From Antedon mediterranea (taxonomy: Eukaryota > Animalia > Echinodermata), in assembly GCF_964355755.1 (NCBI RefSeq), contig NC_092673.1, positions 5,704,001 through 5,768,000 on the forward strand: a DNA stretch of 64,000 bases. Reading direction: 5' to 3'. Position numbers and translations under genes: made by a program. The notes beneath the pieces were generated by a model. It saw nothing but the letters and a program-made list of their open reading frames with translations, was not told the DNA's origin and ran no database searches. Below are positions 12,901-24,300 of the stretch, piece by piece (position 1 is the stretch's first letter; each line of letters starts with the position of its first letter).

Positions 12901-15740
12901 GAACATCTTTAAGTCTAGACTTGACTATTTTCGGCTAGAAATGGAATCTAATAGGCACTAGCCTAAACTATTTCCATCAAACATTAAGTGTAAGTGTAAG
13001 TGTAGTAGTACGTAGGGCGCGCCTCCCTAGAATTATTACCACCCGCCAGCCAGTAATATATAGTAATATATATAGGCCCTAGGCTAGTGCCTATAATTAT
13101 ATATAGGTAGGGCGGCCTAATAGGCACTATAATAGAGGCCGGCTCTTAGTTAGTGCCAGCTAGGTAGTATCCCTAAAAACCTAAACTAGCTATGACAAGG
13201 CTAGTATTACTACTGTTACTGTTAGGAATGTCTATTCAGTATAGTATTTACACTTTAACAGCTAAAAGGCCTGGGCTAAAAATAAAAGGCTATCTTTTTA
13301 TTTATATTTTTAGGATATTCAGCTAAAGAAAATTTATTCTTTGAAATTCTCGAACCTGAAAGTTTAAATTATGTGTTCAAAGTTCGTCAAGCAAAATCGT
13401 TTGGTGGAATATTTGTAAGTATATAGGGGCCTATTATTTTATAGTAGTACATTACTTGCTTCTTATTGAGCTGAGTATTGATAATATTAAATGTGATTGA
13501 TCATAACTTTATTGTCGTAATGTTCTTATTGCTATCTTTCAGAATCTTCAGTTCAGTCGTATTAGTTTAGTTCTTGCGGACCCTCTTCATGGGTGTTCAC
13601 CATTGCAAAATAGTTACTTAGTTCAGAATAGTGTTGTGTTAATCCAGAGGGGGTAAGTATAGATGATACAATTCCCAATGTTGTATGTATTAATCCCAGA
13701 GGGGGTAAGTGTAGATGATACAATTCCCAATGTTGTATTAATCATCTAAAAAGGGAGAAGTATAGATAATACATTTTACTGTCCCACTCCCTACTATAAT
13801 AAGGACCTTTGTATGTCATGTTAATCCACTGTGGGCATGCAGAGATATTGGGACTCGTTCCTTCCTGCTCCTCCGAACTTTGAACACAGTTTTGATTTCT
13901 AAGTCCAAGCAAAAACCGACAACTCATCATTGACCTGATCTAGCATAAGCATCTTTTTAAATTACTGTATTTTCACAGGGAGTGTTCATTTCTTTCAAAA
14001 ACATTAAATGCTGAACAGGCTGGTGCAATGGCAACGGTGATATATGATAAAGATACTAGTAACGATTGGCAATTTATTGACATGGTAGAAGATGGTACCG
14101 AGAGAAAGGTCACCATTCCGGCTGTCTTCCTTCTTGGAAGAGATGGGTAAGTTAGCAATGTTGTTGACCGAGATAACTAAATTCATTGTGCACATTTTTT
14201 TTTATATATAAAAGGGGCAGTGGTGTAACACATAGGCTTGAAGCCCCTGGTTTGGACACCGGCATTGTTAACCAGACATACTGTAACACCTTTTTATCCG
14301 GGCGATGCTCAGATTTTAAATTGCCACGTATTACCATAAGCGAATTCATTCGGTGGCAATCTCATTCACAAGACACACATATGCACAAGATGCTCTACAT
14401 AAACAAAGTCTTAATTATTACAAGTCTTTGGGAGTGTCATTAGAAAAAATCTTAACATACGACAGGACTAGAACACAGGACCCTTGGATTTGTAGCCAAG
14501 CATCAATTATAACCACCAAGCCACAACTCCACTCCATACAGAGATATTGATACGTGTGTCCTTGTTGTTTCTAGGTCTAGGCGATGACACATCAATTTAC
14601 GTGGTCTAGTTCAGTCATTGCAAATCTCCCTATTACTACCCAGTGTATTCCAAGTTGATTTTTGGCTTCGATGTTAAAATAATCACTATCAAATTTGCTC
14701 CATTTTACTGTGATCTTTTTAATAAACCATAAACATTTTAAACCAATATATATACCAGTATACCAATTTGTCAAAAGACTTTGTAGATTGTACAAGAGTG
14801 AAGTTAATAAATAATAATAAAAAAATAAATAAAATAAATTCAGTTAAAGACCCCTTCCCTGCAATTTTGGACGTTTTTTGGAAAATAATACATATATATC
14901 ACTTTAAAAACATTAAACCATGTCATTCCTTGTCTTAAATGTACGTTTTATGGTAAATTATGATAAAAAGTGAGAAACAATGCACTACCTAAGTAGCTCG
15001 CGGCAATCGACCTCTCGTGGACGGTCTTAGGCCTAGCCTAGCTAGGCTTAGTTTTGTAGGCCTAGCTGGTAAACATCGGTAACGTACGAACATCGTACGC
15101 TACCTATATACCTAGGCTGACGTTGTATAGTTGCTGCATTAATTGTCTTTCTATTTTTGCCAGACTCCGTTGATACAAATTGGGGGAAACCCGGTATTTT
15201 CGCTGAAAAGTTAGGAGTCTTCCATTTGTTTTGGCCTCACAATCGATCGAAAAGTGGGCGAATTACAGGTGAAAAACAAAAATATCAATCCGTGCGCAAT
15301 GCATTTTGGGATTTATAGCGGGCCGCTATAATTATTAGAATCGACTTATTTTTCACATTTTTAACCGTTTAAAGACGAAAAAAGTTATCGCAATAGGACC
15401 ATATAGTATTATTTTTACATTAAATATAGTTTGTGATCTTAAATTAGATCTAAAAAACGTAGGGAATGGGGCTTTAAGTATGATGTTTGCACACCGAGAG
15501 ACGCACCCCCTGGCGCATATACCCATGTGGTCCTTCGCCAGTATTCATCCAGATCCAAATCCAGTACATTTTTAGTTTGGTTATTATTATTATTTATGCA
15601 ATAATTGTTTTTTTTGCAGACATAATATACGGCAGGTTTTAGAAAACAATGAAATGTCGGAGGCAATTATCTCAATACCAGTCAACGTGACAGGTGTTCC
15701 ATTCCACAGTTACAAATTTCCACCATGGTCACTTGTGTAA
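9910..15740 (+). CDS. PRADC1: Protease-associated domain-containing protein 1 (secreted PA-domain protein), 5 exons
   Basis: Exons 9910-9994 (signal peptide MATYNVCKTFLKIFLKILFLCLFFVPLSG), 13314-13414 (LFFEILEP..AKSFGGIF), 13543-13652 (LVLADPLHGC..VVLIQRG), 13979-14146 (ECSFLSK..AEQAGA..IPAVFLLGRDG), 15620-15740 (AIISIPVNVT..PPWSLV*). Phases are consistent. Confidence 0.9.
10229..13002 (+). mobile_element. 5'-truncated CR1-clade LINE (RT ORF2) in PRADC1 intron 1, split by a MITE
   Basis: Motifs KAPGPDG, DWKTANVTPIFKKG..NYRPISLTS, QHGF..RSCLTNL, VYLDYMKAFDSVPH, SGVPQGSVLGP, FADD, EKDLGV, LEKVQRRATK, RTRGHSLKL. Ends in a (TAAGTG)3 tail at 12985-13002. Frameshifts near 10510 and 12830. Flanked by (TAG)n on both sides. 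Confidence 0.92.
10810..11736. mobile_element. Non-autonomous DNA transposon (MITE) with 38-bp perfect TIRs, nested in the CR1 ORF
   Basis: CGCCCGTATTCTTAAACCGGACTTTAGTCGTAGTTCGA at 10810-10847 and its reverse complement at 11699-11736. Flanks are AAT/TAT (imperfect 3-bp TSD, Harbinger-like). Removing it rejoins the RT as IIKDN|VLGF. Confidence 0.88.
14848..15473. mobile_element. Kolobok-type MITE family B in PRADC1 intron 4
   Basis: TTAA|AGACCCCTTCCCT ... AGGGAATGGGGCT|TTAA. A TTAA TSD with AG...CT termini fits Kolobok rather than piggyBac. A second, inverted copy is at 51352-51891. Confidence 0.8.
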
Positions 15741-15830
15741 TAAGAGCGTTTTAAGGCTCAGTACAACTATTATTATTAGTGTTATTGTTATTGATTTCTT
15801 CATTAAGGCCAAAGATGTTTTAGTGTATTA

Positions 15831-15984
15831 AGCTCTGTCTACACTATCAACTGTGTGACAAAAAATGTGATGTGCCCATATATGGACACGATGTTATATC
15901 ACAACCATATTTTGACATATCACTATCATATTTGGGTACATCACACTTTTTTTGTCAAATTAGTTTGACAGTGTCGCCAGAGCT
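15831..15984. mobile_element. MITE family A copy downstream of the PRADC1 stop codon
   Basis: Both TIRs and TTA TSD present. Confidence 0.82.
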
Positions 15985-16526
15985 TTACTGTATTTTCCTA
16001 TACAATTATATAGTTCTTATGTAATATATAGTTATAAAAGCATTAGTAATTGACTAATTCAAATTTCACATGGGCATTAAATGAGTAAATCCAGCATTGT
16101 GCATAAGAGGTGGGGGAGGGGGGTGGAGGGTGGCCTGAAGCCCCTGGTTTGGAGACAGGCATTGTAACCTTTTTGACATAATTGTAATCTAAATCTTGTC
16201 ACTATAAGTGCATGGCTGCATTGAATCTCTTGTGCTTCAATCAGAAGTTGATATGTATGGTACACTTTAACATTAATTACCAATGTTATTCATTGCTTGT
16301 TAAGAAATAAATGTTATTGATAACTGTTATGTTAATTTAATGTGATTTTTATGTCTTTGTACAGTAAATTAATTTTCCTGCAAATTTTATAAATTATTGT
16401 TATAGCAATGTTTCATCACCTTGGAGTTTTCTCTTTATCACCTTTGAGTTTTCTCTTCATCACCTTTGAGTTTTCTCTTCATCAACAGAGAACTCAAATT
16501 TTCATGTTTGTCTTTAAAGGGTATTA

Positions 16527-16623
16527 AGCTACACTATCAAACTTGATGTGAAAAAAAATGTGATGTGCCCATATAAGGACATGATGATGTCATATCACTA
16601 CCATATTTGAGCATATCACTACA
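16527..16623. mobile_element. MITE family A, truncated copy
   Basis: Left half only. Confidence 0.72.
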
Positions 16624-17003
16624 ATTTTATAATATTATAATTGAGAGAATGGGCTTTTAGTAAACAAATGACAAATTATTTTCTTTTCTTTGTAAGACAC
16701 AGTGTGTTGATAATATAATAGATGATATAAAAAATTAACATTATTTTTAACAAAAAAACAGGTGGAGGTCATTTGGGATGAGCAGATAATAACCATGTCA
16801 TACACATTTCTGGGCCAAAAGTTAGAATATCTGTAGTTCTCCAAGATGAATGTGTTAATGATGTATTTATTCTTTGTTTTATATTACGTAAATGTTACGC
16901 TTTTATTACATTGGTAATGCCAACAAGTGCCTTTAGGATTAATTCAGTATGCAAACATGATACATAGTAACCAAAAAGAAAACAAAAGTAACTCATGTGT
17001 TTA

Positions 17004-17187
17004 AGCGTGGTTCCCACTAGCGACGCAACACAAGGACGTAACGCAAAGCAAGTAAATTGACCAATCACAAGCGATGGCTTATTCGCTTGTGGTTGCTAAC
17101 TGTCTATAACTTTGCTTGTCATTGGTTAAAACGCTTGCGTTGCGTTGCGTTTACATCCTTGTGTTACGTTCTAGTGGGAACCAAGCT
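17004..17187. mobile_element. Palindromic MITE with TTA TSD (Harbinger-type)
   Basis: TTA|AGCGTGGTTCCCACTAG ... CTAGTGGGAACCAAGCT|TTA. The inverted symmetry extends about 60 bp inward. Confidence 0.8.
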
Positions 17188-17302
17188 TTAAGATAACACA
17201 AGTTATTTAAGAATGAAAGTTTATTTATATTATTATTACTGTCTATACAAATGAGACTATCCAACAAGAAAGGTCAGATTGTCAATACATTTAAGCGTTT
17301 GA

Positions 17303-17448
17303 ATAAGGTTTATCACAAATAGCTTGCGCAACGCATGGTGGGAAGGATTTGGGAGCAAACTTCACGACGTTTGCTCCCAAACCCTTCCCATCACGCATTA
17401 TGCAATGACGTTCCTCGCGAAATCAAGCTATTTGCGATAAACCTATTT
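17303..17448. repeat. Fold-back (inverted repeat) element
   Basis: Outer arms AGGTTTATCACAAATAGCTTG / CAAGCTATTTGCGATAAACCT. Inner arms TGGGAAGGATTTGGGAGCAAAC / GTTTGCTCCCAAACCCTTCCCA. Confidence 0.75.
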
Positions 17449-17957
17449 CTCCTAATTACATTTTATATTATTTTACTTAATTTGTCTTTCATCTATGTGT
17501 TTATAGATTTATCAAAAAAGCAATAAAGTAAATGTACTTATTTGGTTGAAATAATTTATATGATAACGTACTATGATGTATTATTAACTTATCTGTGGTT
17601 TTCAAGAGAAATAAATTGCGAATTTTACATTTTAATATTTTCCACTGCTTTTTGTTATAACAATTTGTTTTTCTACCTTACTATACGGTCACCTCCCACA
17701 GCGTTACACTTCCTATTTAATCAGTGACCACATGAATTTGTAATAGATTGGGTTTGGGTGGAGGGTGTTTTTAAGATTTCAGTGAAAATTGTATTTAAAT
17801 TAATTAATTATGTATTTGTTCTAGTATGGGACAAGCATGATGTCATACACATTTCTGAGACACAAGTTCAATATTTTTACGAGTTCTGTTTTTAACACTA
17901 CTATGTTGCAGCCAAACCAGTGTTAGGTGTTCAAATACATCTGGTGACTCCCCTGAT

Positions 17958-19200
17958 CTAGGGCGTCACTTTGAAAACCAACAACATTAATATAGTAAGA
18001 ACAGCTCCATTAGTACATGCGTTGTTTAGCACCAGAAATATCTCGTTCTGGTCTTGCTTGTTATAGTCAGTATTACAGAGATCTGTATTACAACATGTAT
18101 AACAAGTACTGCCATAGAAATCGTTCACCACACATGTCAATTCAGAACAATCAAATTCTAGGCAAATCCTATCATAGAAAATCATTTCTTGCCCACCAAA
18201 AGAAGCGTTGGTCCGAGTAGTCTGAAATATATATCGTTTAAAATCAATTAATTAAATTTCAGTATATCACCGGGAGGTTTATAATTACTGTTCTTTGCCT
18301 GATTTGTTTATATATGGGGCGACTTTTTCTCATTCTCACAGATTTCCTCATCTTTATCGTTTCAAATTAATTAATTAAAATTTCAGTATATCACCGGGCG
18401 GTTTAGAATTAATGTTCTTTGCCTATTGTGTTTATATATATATATATATAAACACAGGCATAGAACATTAATTCTAAACCGCCCGGTGACATAGCCTACA
18501 CCATTGGTAGACGTAATGAAATAAAATAGAAAACTTGGTAATTACGTCATCGTACTTGTAAGGGCCGTGATACCTTGTGTGTACGGTGAATGTACAGTAT
18601 TGTCATATCAACCAAATCATATTGGAGGTTTTTGTTTTGAAATAAAGTAGTGATCGAAGGTAAAAAAACCCATGATTTCTATTATATTTATATATCTTCA
18701 CAGTTTATAAATAATTTTCAATACCGTATATCACACTGGACGGTTGAGAGTTTTGTATGTGGCAAAAAAATGTGATGTGCCCATATATGGACATGATGAT
18801 GTCATATCACTACCATATTTGGGCATATCACTACCATATTTGAGCATATCACACTTTTTTTGTTTTTTGTCAAACTAGTTTGATAGTGTAAACAGACCTT
18901 GATAATTTACCCAACACATTCCAGGACAGGGAACCCGCGGGATATTCTCTGGATTCACCAACACCTCTCCACAATCAGGATTGAAATACTGAGTGCAATT
19001 GTAACACATAAAAGCATTATTAGCACCTAAAAGAAAACATATCGAGGATGCATAAATGGAAATTAAATAGGCTTTATAATGATATGCGTTCATATGCGTA
19101 AATTTAAACAACCTCGTCATTAAACAATTCAATATACAAATTGTTCACACTCACCAATACAGAGCAGCACAGAAGCAGCAACAAACAACTTTGCATTCAT
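17958..19200 (-). CDS. Ly6/uPAR (three-finger, quiver/sleepless-like) GPI-anchored protein, 141 aa, 3 coding exons
   Basis: Exons 19155-19200 (signal peptide), 18911-19026 (MCYNC...CG...CPGMCW), 17958-18221 (RIC...CYTCCNTDLCN plus a hydrophobic C-terminal tail). Canonical CCxxDxCN ending and typical Ly6 exon layout. Confidence 0.85.
18765..18900. mobile_element. MITE family A, partial copy in intron 2 of the Ly6 gene
   Basis: Internal part plus right TIR, about 10 bp from the splice donor. Confidence 0.75.
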
Positions 19201-19654
19201 AGTTGATGATGATTGATTTTTTCTCTGAATAAAATCACAAAACAATGTTAATTTCAGGGAATGCTTACATTAGAAATATCGTAAAACTCGGGAATGAAAT
19301 CCAAGAAACCTTTCTTGTTACAGCGGGTACACTAAGTGAAAGCCAAAGACGAGTAAAAAAAAACTCAAAACAGAGACCCACCACACTAACCCACTAACCC
19401 CTCCCTACCATTCCTTATCTCTGAAATACCCCCAAAATTAATAGATAATAATAAATAATATGCAACCTACGATTTAAAAACATGAACACTTAAGATGAGA
19501 AAAATATCATAAAACCAGGCAACTTCAGGTGCTAGGATACCTGCAATTGTTGCAAATTCATTAACAAAAGTGCCATTAGGTTTCATCAGTGAATGCTTAC
19601 GATCGAGAGTATAGAATGCGATTGAAAAGGCCAAGTAGGTCATGTGCATTTATT

Positions 19655-20570
19655 TAAAAATTTTTTCGAAAAATGGTCAAAATATCCACTTTATAAAGGT
19701 CAATAATTATGCGATAATATTGCCATATATGCGCATATGTAGTGTTATCATCACCTTATAGCGCCATAGTAACTAGTTATGTTAAAAAATAAAAGGATCG
19801 AAATTCGGCTAATTTTTGAAAATGTCCATGTACTATTATAGTACAGTACAGGGATTTTTTTTCGAAAAAATGGCCAAAATCACTTTTTAAAGGTCAATAA
19901 TTAGGCGATAATATTACCATATATGCGCATATAGTGTTATCATCATCTTATAGAGCCACAGTAACTAGTTATGTCCAAAAATAAAAGGGTCGAAATTTGG
20001 CCATTTTTCGAAAATTTGCCAATAATTATATCCACTTTGTAAAATTCAATAATTAGGTGATAATATTGCCATATATGCGCATATATTATAGTGTTATCAT
20101 CTTATAGAGCCATAGTAACTAGTTATGTTCAGAAATAAAAGGGCTGAATTCGGCCATTTATAAAACTTTCCCTTTTCCCTTTTTTTTAAAAATTTTGTGA
20201 TAATATTGTACAGGGATTTTTTCGACAAATGGCCAAAATATCCACCTTTTAAAAGTCAATTATTAAGCGATAATATTGCCATATATGCGCATATATAGTG
20301 TTATCATCATCTTATGGAGCCATAGTAAATAGTTATGTCCAAAAATAAAAGGGTCGAAATTCGACCAAAATATCCACTTTTTAAAAGTAAATTATCATTG
20401 TGGCCATTGAGATTCAATTATTATGCAAAAAGTAGGTCAATATTTTCCTCTCTCTTTTTAAAAGTCAATTATTAAGCGATAATATTGCCATATATACGCA
20501 TATATAGTGTTATCATCATCTTATGGAGCCATAGTAAATAGTTATGTCCAAAAATAAAAGGGTCAAAAAA
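19655..20570. repeat. Degenerate tandem repeat, about 5 units of 150-250 bp
   Basis: Recurrent core GATAATATTGCCATATATGCGCATAT..AGTGTTATCATC..GCCATAGTAACTAGTTATG. Confidence 0.8.
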
Positions 20571-21333
20571 CGTTTAAAGACGTGTTTAGGCTGGCCATTT
20601 AAAAATGGTATTTTTCACTGAAGTTTAGGCTGTGAATAATCCTATACATTTGTTTTCATTGAACAAGAAAAAAATGGTAAATATTTATTATCGTCAAAAC
20701 ACCAACAACCTAAACAAAATACAAATACCAAAAACAATTCAATGTATATATTTATAATAATGAAAAATATATAAAGTAGTCTATACAGTATAACAAATTT
20801 ACTATTACAGATTTAATAAAAACGAAATGAAACTAAACCTGAGTGAATGTTATCCCTTTTACTTACACTATCACTAAACACTGATAACTCTTTTTTTAAA
20901 TTTTTTTTATATTTCATAAGGTTTTTATAAATATATATTATTGCAGATATTGTTGTGTTCACTCCAGCTCCAACTCCAGCAATATGCCACATGTGAGTCA
21001 CCACCACAAAATAAAACTATTCGCATAATGAAGATATAGTGTTTCTATTTCCAATGTTTTATTTCACTTAAGTCATTTAAAAAAAATTAAACTTAAGTCA
21101 ATGTTTGTGCATATTTTTTATTCTTAAATTGTTTAGATGATGATGTCTATTACTTAGATAAAAAATGATGGCTTGATAAATAAGCTTGAGTTTTTCACTT
21201 AAGTACTTTTCTATCTTGACTTAAGCAAAAATCTGATAAATTTCAGGATTTTATATTGAAAAAATCTGCACTGAAATTACTGAAAGACTCATTTTGTGGC
21301 GAGATATAAGATGGCCAAAAAGTACCATATCCT

Positions 21334-24300
21334 CTACACTGCAGACTTGATCCATTTCATGATGGTGACCGTCTCCAGAACTCTTGCTTCTCTAACCGAC
21401 AGTGGATCTTTAGCATTGGGAGTTCTAAGATCAAGATGATGAGCGCCATCAGGAATCAGAATAGTGGTGATGTCGTCAGATATTTCATCCAGCACTCCAC
21501 CAGCCGACCATGGATCGAGTAATCCATTGCTAAAACAACAATTGAATTTATTTCTAATTAATTTAAACTCAATTACAGAATGGTGAGAGGTTACGTGTGT
21601 TTTTATATTTGTTAGTTAGCAGGATTACTCAAAAAGTTATTGCCAGATCTTTAAAAAATTAAAAACCACAGATAGATATGTGGTCACAGGCCTTCAAATA
21701 AGGGTAAAACACAAATGGCTGTTACATTTTAGGGGAGTTCTCGTGACTGAGCTAAATCACCCTAACATGATCTAGTGAAGAAACATGATTAACATATTTT
21801 AACGTGATAGATATTATATTAAACCAATCATATTTCCAGCCACTGTTTTCAATGCAAAAATATGACTAGCCAAGTGGGGCTTACGAATATTCGATTTGGC
21901 ATTTTAAGAAAAATAGACAGATATTTCATGTGAAAATATAAAAATTGTGTTTAATTAACCTAAATATAATGTTGGTAGCCATCTCCAAGTCTTTAGCCCA
22001 AAACTGTACTGGAATCCATTTTGGTCTTGGAGTAACACCCCATGTTTTCTGGCAACCTTCTGTAAATGCTTTTATGTCCCAGGGAGATGATTCAAACATG
22101 TCGTTTTTGCCATGAGAACAGAATGGCATAACCATCTCTGTGCAACTCTGAAAGAAAATTCATATTTCTCTATTGCTGATATTGATGTAATGGCAATATA
22201 ATACATTTTATGTAGCCTTCTGCTTATGGAAAACTTATGTGAAAAGGTGTTTGTTTGTGTGGATGTACATGAGAAAGAAATATGTACCTGATATGACCAA
22301 CCCAAATCACCTAGTGTATCAACTGCATTACTAGATATATTGAAACATTTTTGATTTCCAGTAAAGTTAAAGTACACGTTGAGGGCGCTGGCAACCTGCA
22401 TTAAGATGACATCATCAGAGGCTTCAGCATTATTCATATGTTTACACACTTCCTACAGAAAGAACAAAAATATGAACATTTTTTGGCAAAATCTATCACA
22501 CTCTTGGCATATAATACCTTTTTTACTATTATTTATTGTAAACACTGGCACCCAATTGCTGCCACCAAAACAGGCCTCAGACTTACATTTATTGGCCAAG
22601 CCGGCAAAGGTGCAAGGAAATTGGCAGGGTAAGGATAGTTAACCATTGCTAGGTTAAACCATGTACCCTTGATCCAGTCTTTTACACTATTTGCATCCTC
22701 TTGTGTTTTAAGTTTGTCACAGAGTCTTAATTGTTTGGTAATTTCTGAAAGGCCTGCATCTGTATTGATAAAAAAGATGAAGTTTATAGAATTAATATAT
22801 ATCAAAAAAGCCTTTGTATTTTTGTCTTTTTCTTCTACTAAATAAAAGGGCTTTTTTTCATCTTTTTTTAACTGTTAAAACCAGCGTTCAGCAAATTTTT
22901 ATTTTGCAGCATGTAATACGGTTCCCGGGACCAAGCCAAACCACACATAATGAACAAATTGTAAGATTCCACACAACATCAGCCCCACCATGGTTGGAGT
23001 CTGTGGTAAGAACAATTTCTTGACAATTGGAGCCATCTCTAAATGTCAGAGTTAGATCGCAGAGAGGTCAATTGAATGAATAAGAAGCGGACTGAATGTA
23101 GGAATGAGTGTACAGAAATACGAAAAAAAAATAAAATAAATGAATGAATCTAACCAGACTTGGCTAATGAGTTAATGACTTCCCATGATCTTTTCACAAC
23201 TTTGGTACAGTTAGCCCCGCCTTTCTCGAAGTCGTTGGTGATGATTTCATATGGTCGAGAACAAGATGTCAAGTTGGTGAACTGCCAAATTGGAGCAGAA
23301 GCAGCCATAGCTCTATCCAGAAAGAAATATAATGGTCAATAATCATTTCACAAAATGTTCTACACACATAAGTCTTGTAAGTTTGGAATGAGAGTGTGAT
23401 ACGTACACTATTTAATCTAAATAATATATATATCTATATAAGGGAGAAGAGAAGACTCCTTCACATTATGGCATGGTTAATATTCTTACTATATTTATAG
23501 TACTGTAATTATATTTGACCATAAAAAATCGTTTAAAAAAATTGACTGGTATGTTGATCTCCCATTCGGTTTCTGTACAATTGTAGCTTAAATAAATATC
23601 CAGCGTATGTGGTGAGGTATGGAAGGCACAAATGATGGAATTTTTTAAAGACAAACAAGAATATTTACCCAACAACAATATTGGGATACTTCATCCTAAA
23701 CCAGGCTGCTAGCATGCCACCATAAGAACCTCCGAAGGCAACAACGGGGCTACCAGATGCATCCTTCATGGTTGCTTTCATGTAGCGAATCAGGGTTGCA
23801 AAATCTGCCAAGGCCTGCTCAGCTGTTAGGTAGCTTAACATTGACTTATTCTATAAAATTTGAATTTCATATTTTTGTGAATCATAATTTGTGTTACATC
23901 CTGGATAGAAGGGTGCTCTGGATGAACATTGGTGGAGTTTTAAAAGTCAAAATTGACTATTATCTGAATAATAATACCTTTTTCAAATGTGAATAATAAA
24001 TACAAATATAAAATATTGAAATATTTAATTCCCCAACAATTGGGACAAGTATTTTTTTTCACTTTACTTTACATTTTTGGGACAAAATCAGTTTGTAAAA
24101 AAAAATGTTAAAAATGAAGCTAATAAAACTAAAAATAATTTTTTACCAAAACTTACCTTGTAAGAATCATCACCATATGGCATAGATTCACCATAGTAAC
24201 GATGCTCTGCAAACACAATCATGGCATCAAACTCTGGTGCTATATCCCACATAAAGCCCTATACAAAGAAAAAGTAAATTGAGAAACAGTGCAGAATACT

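Noticed and set aside
16436-16499. Three 22-bp direct repeats with a short inverted tail
   Set aside because: Simple local slippage; nothing indicates function.
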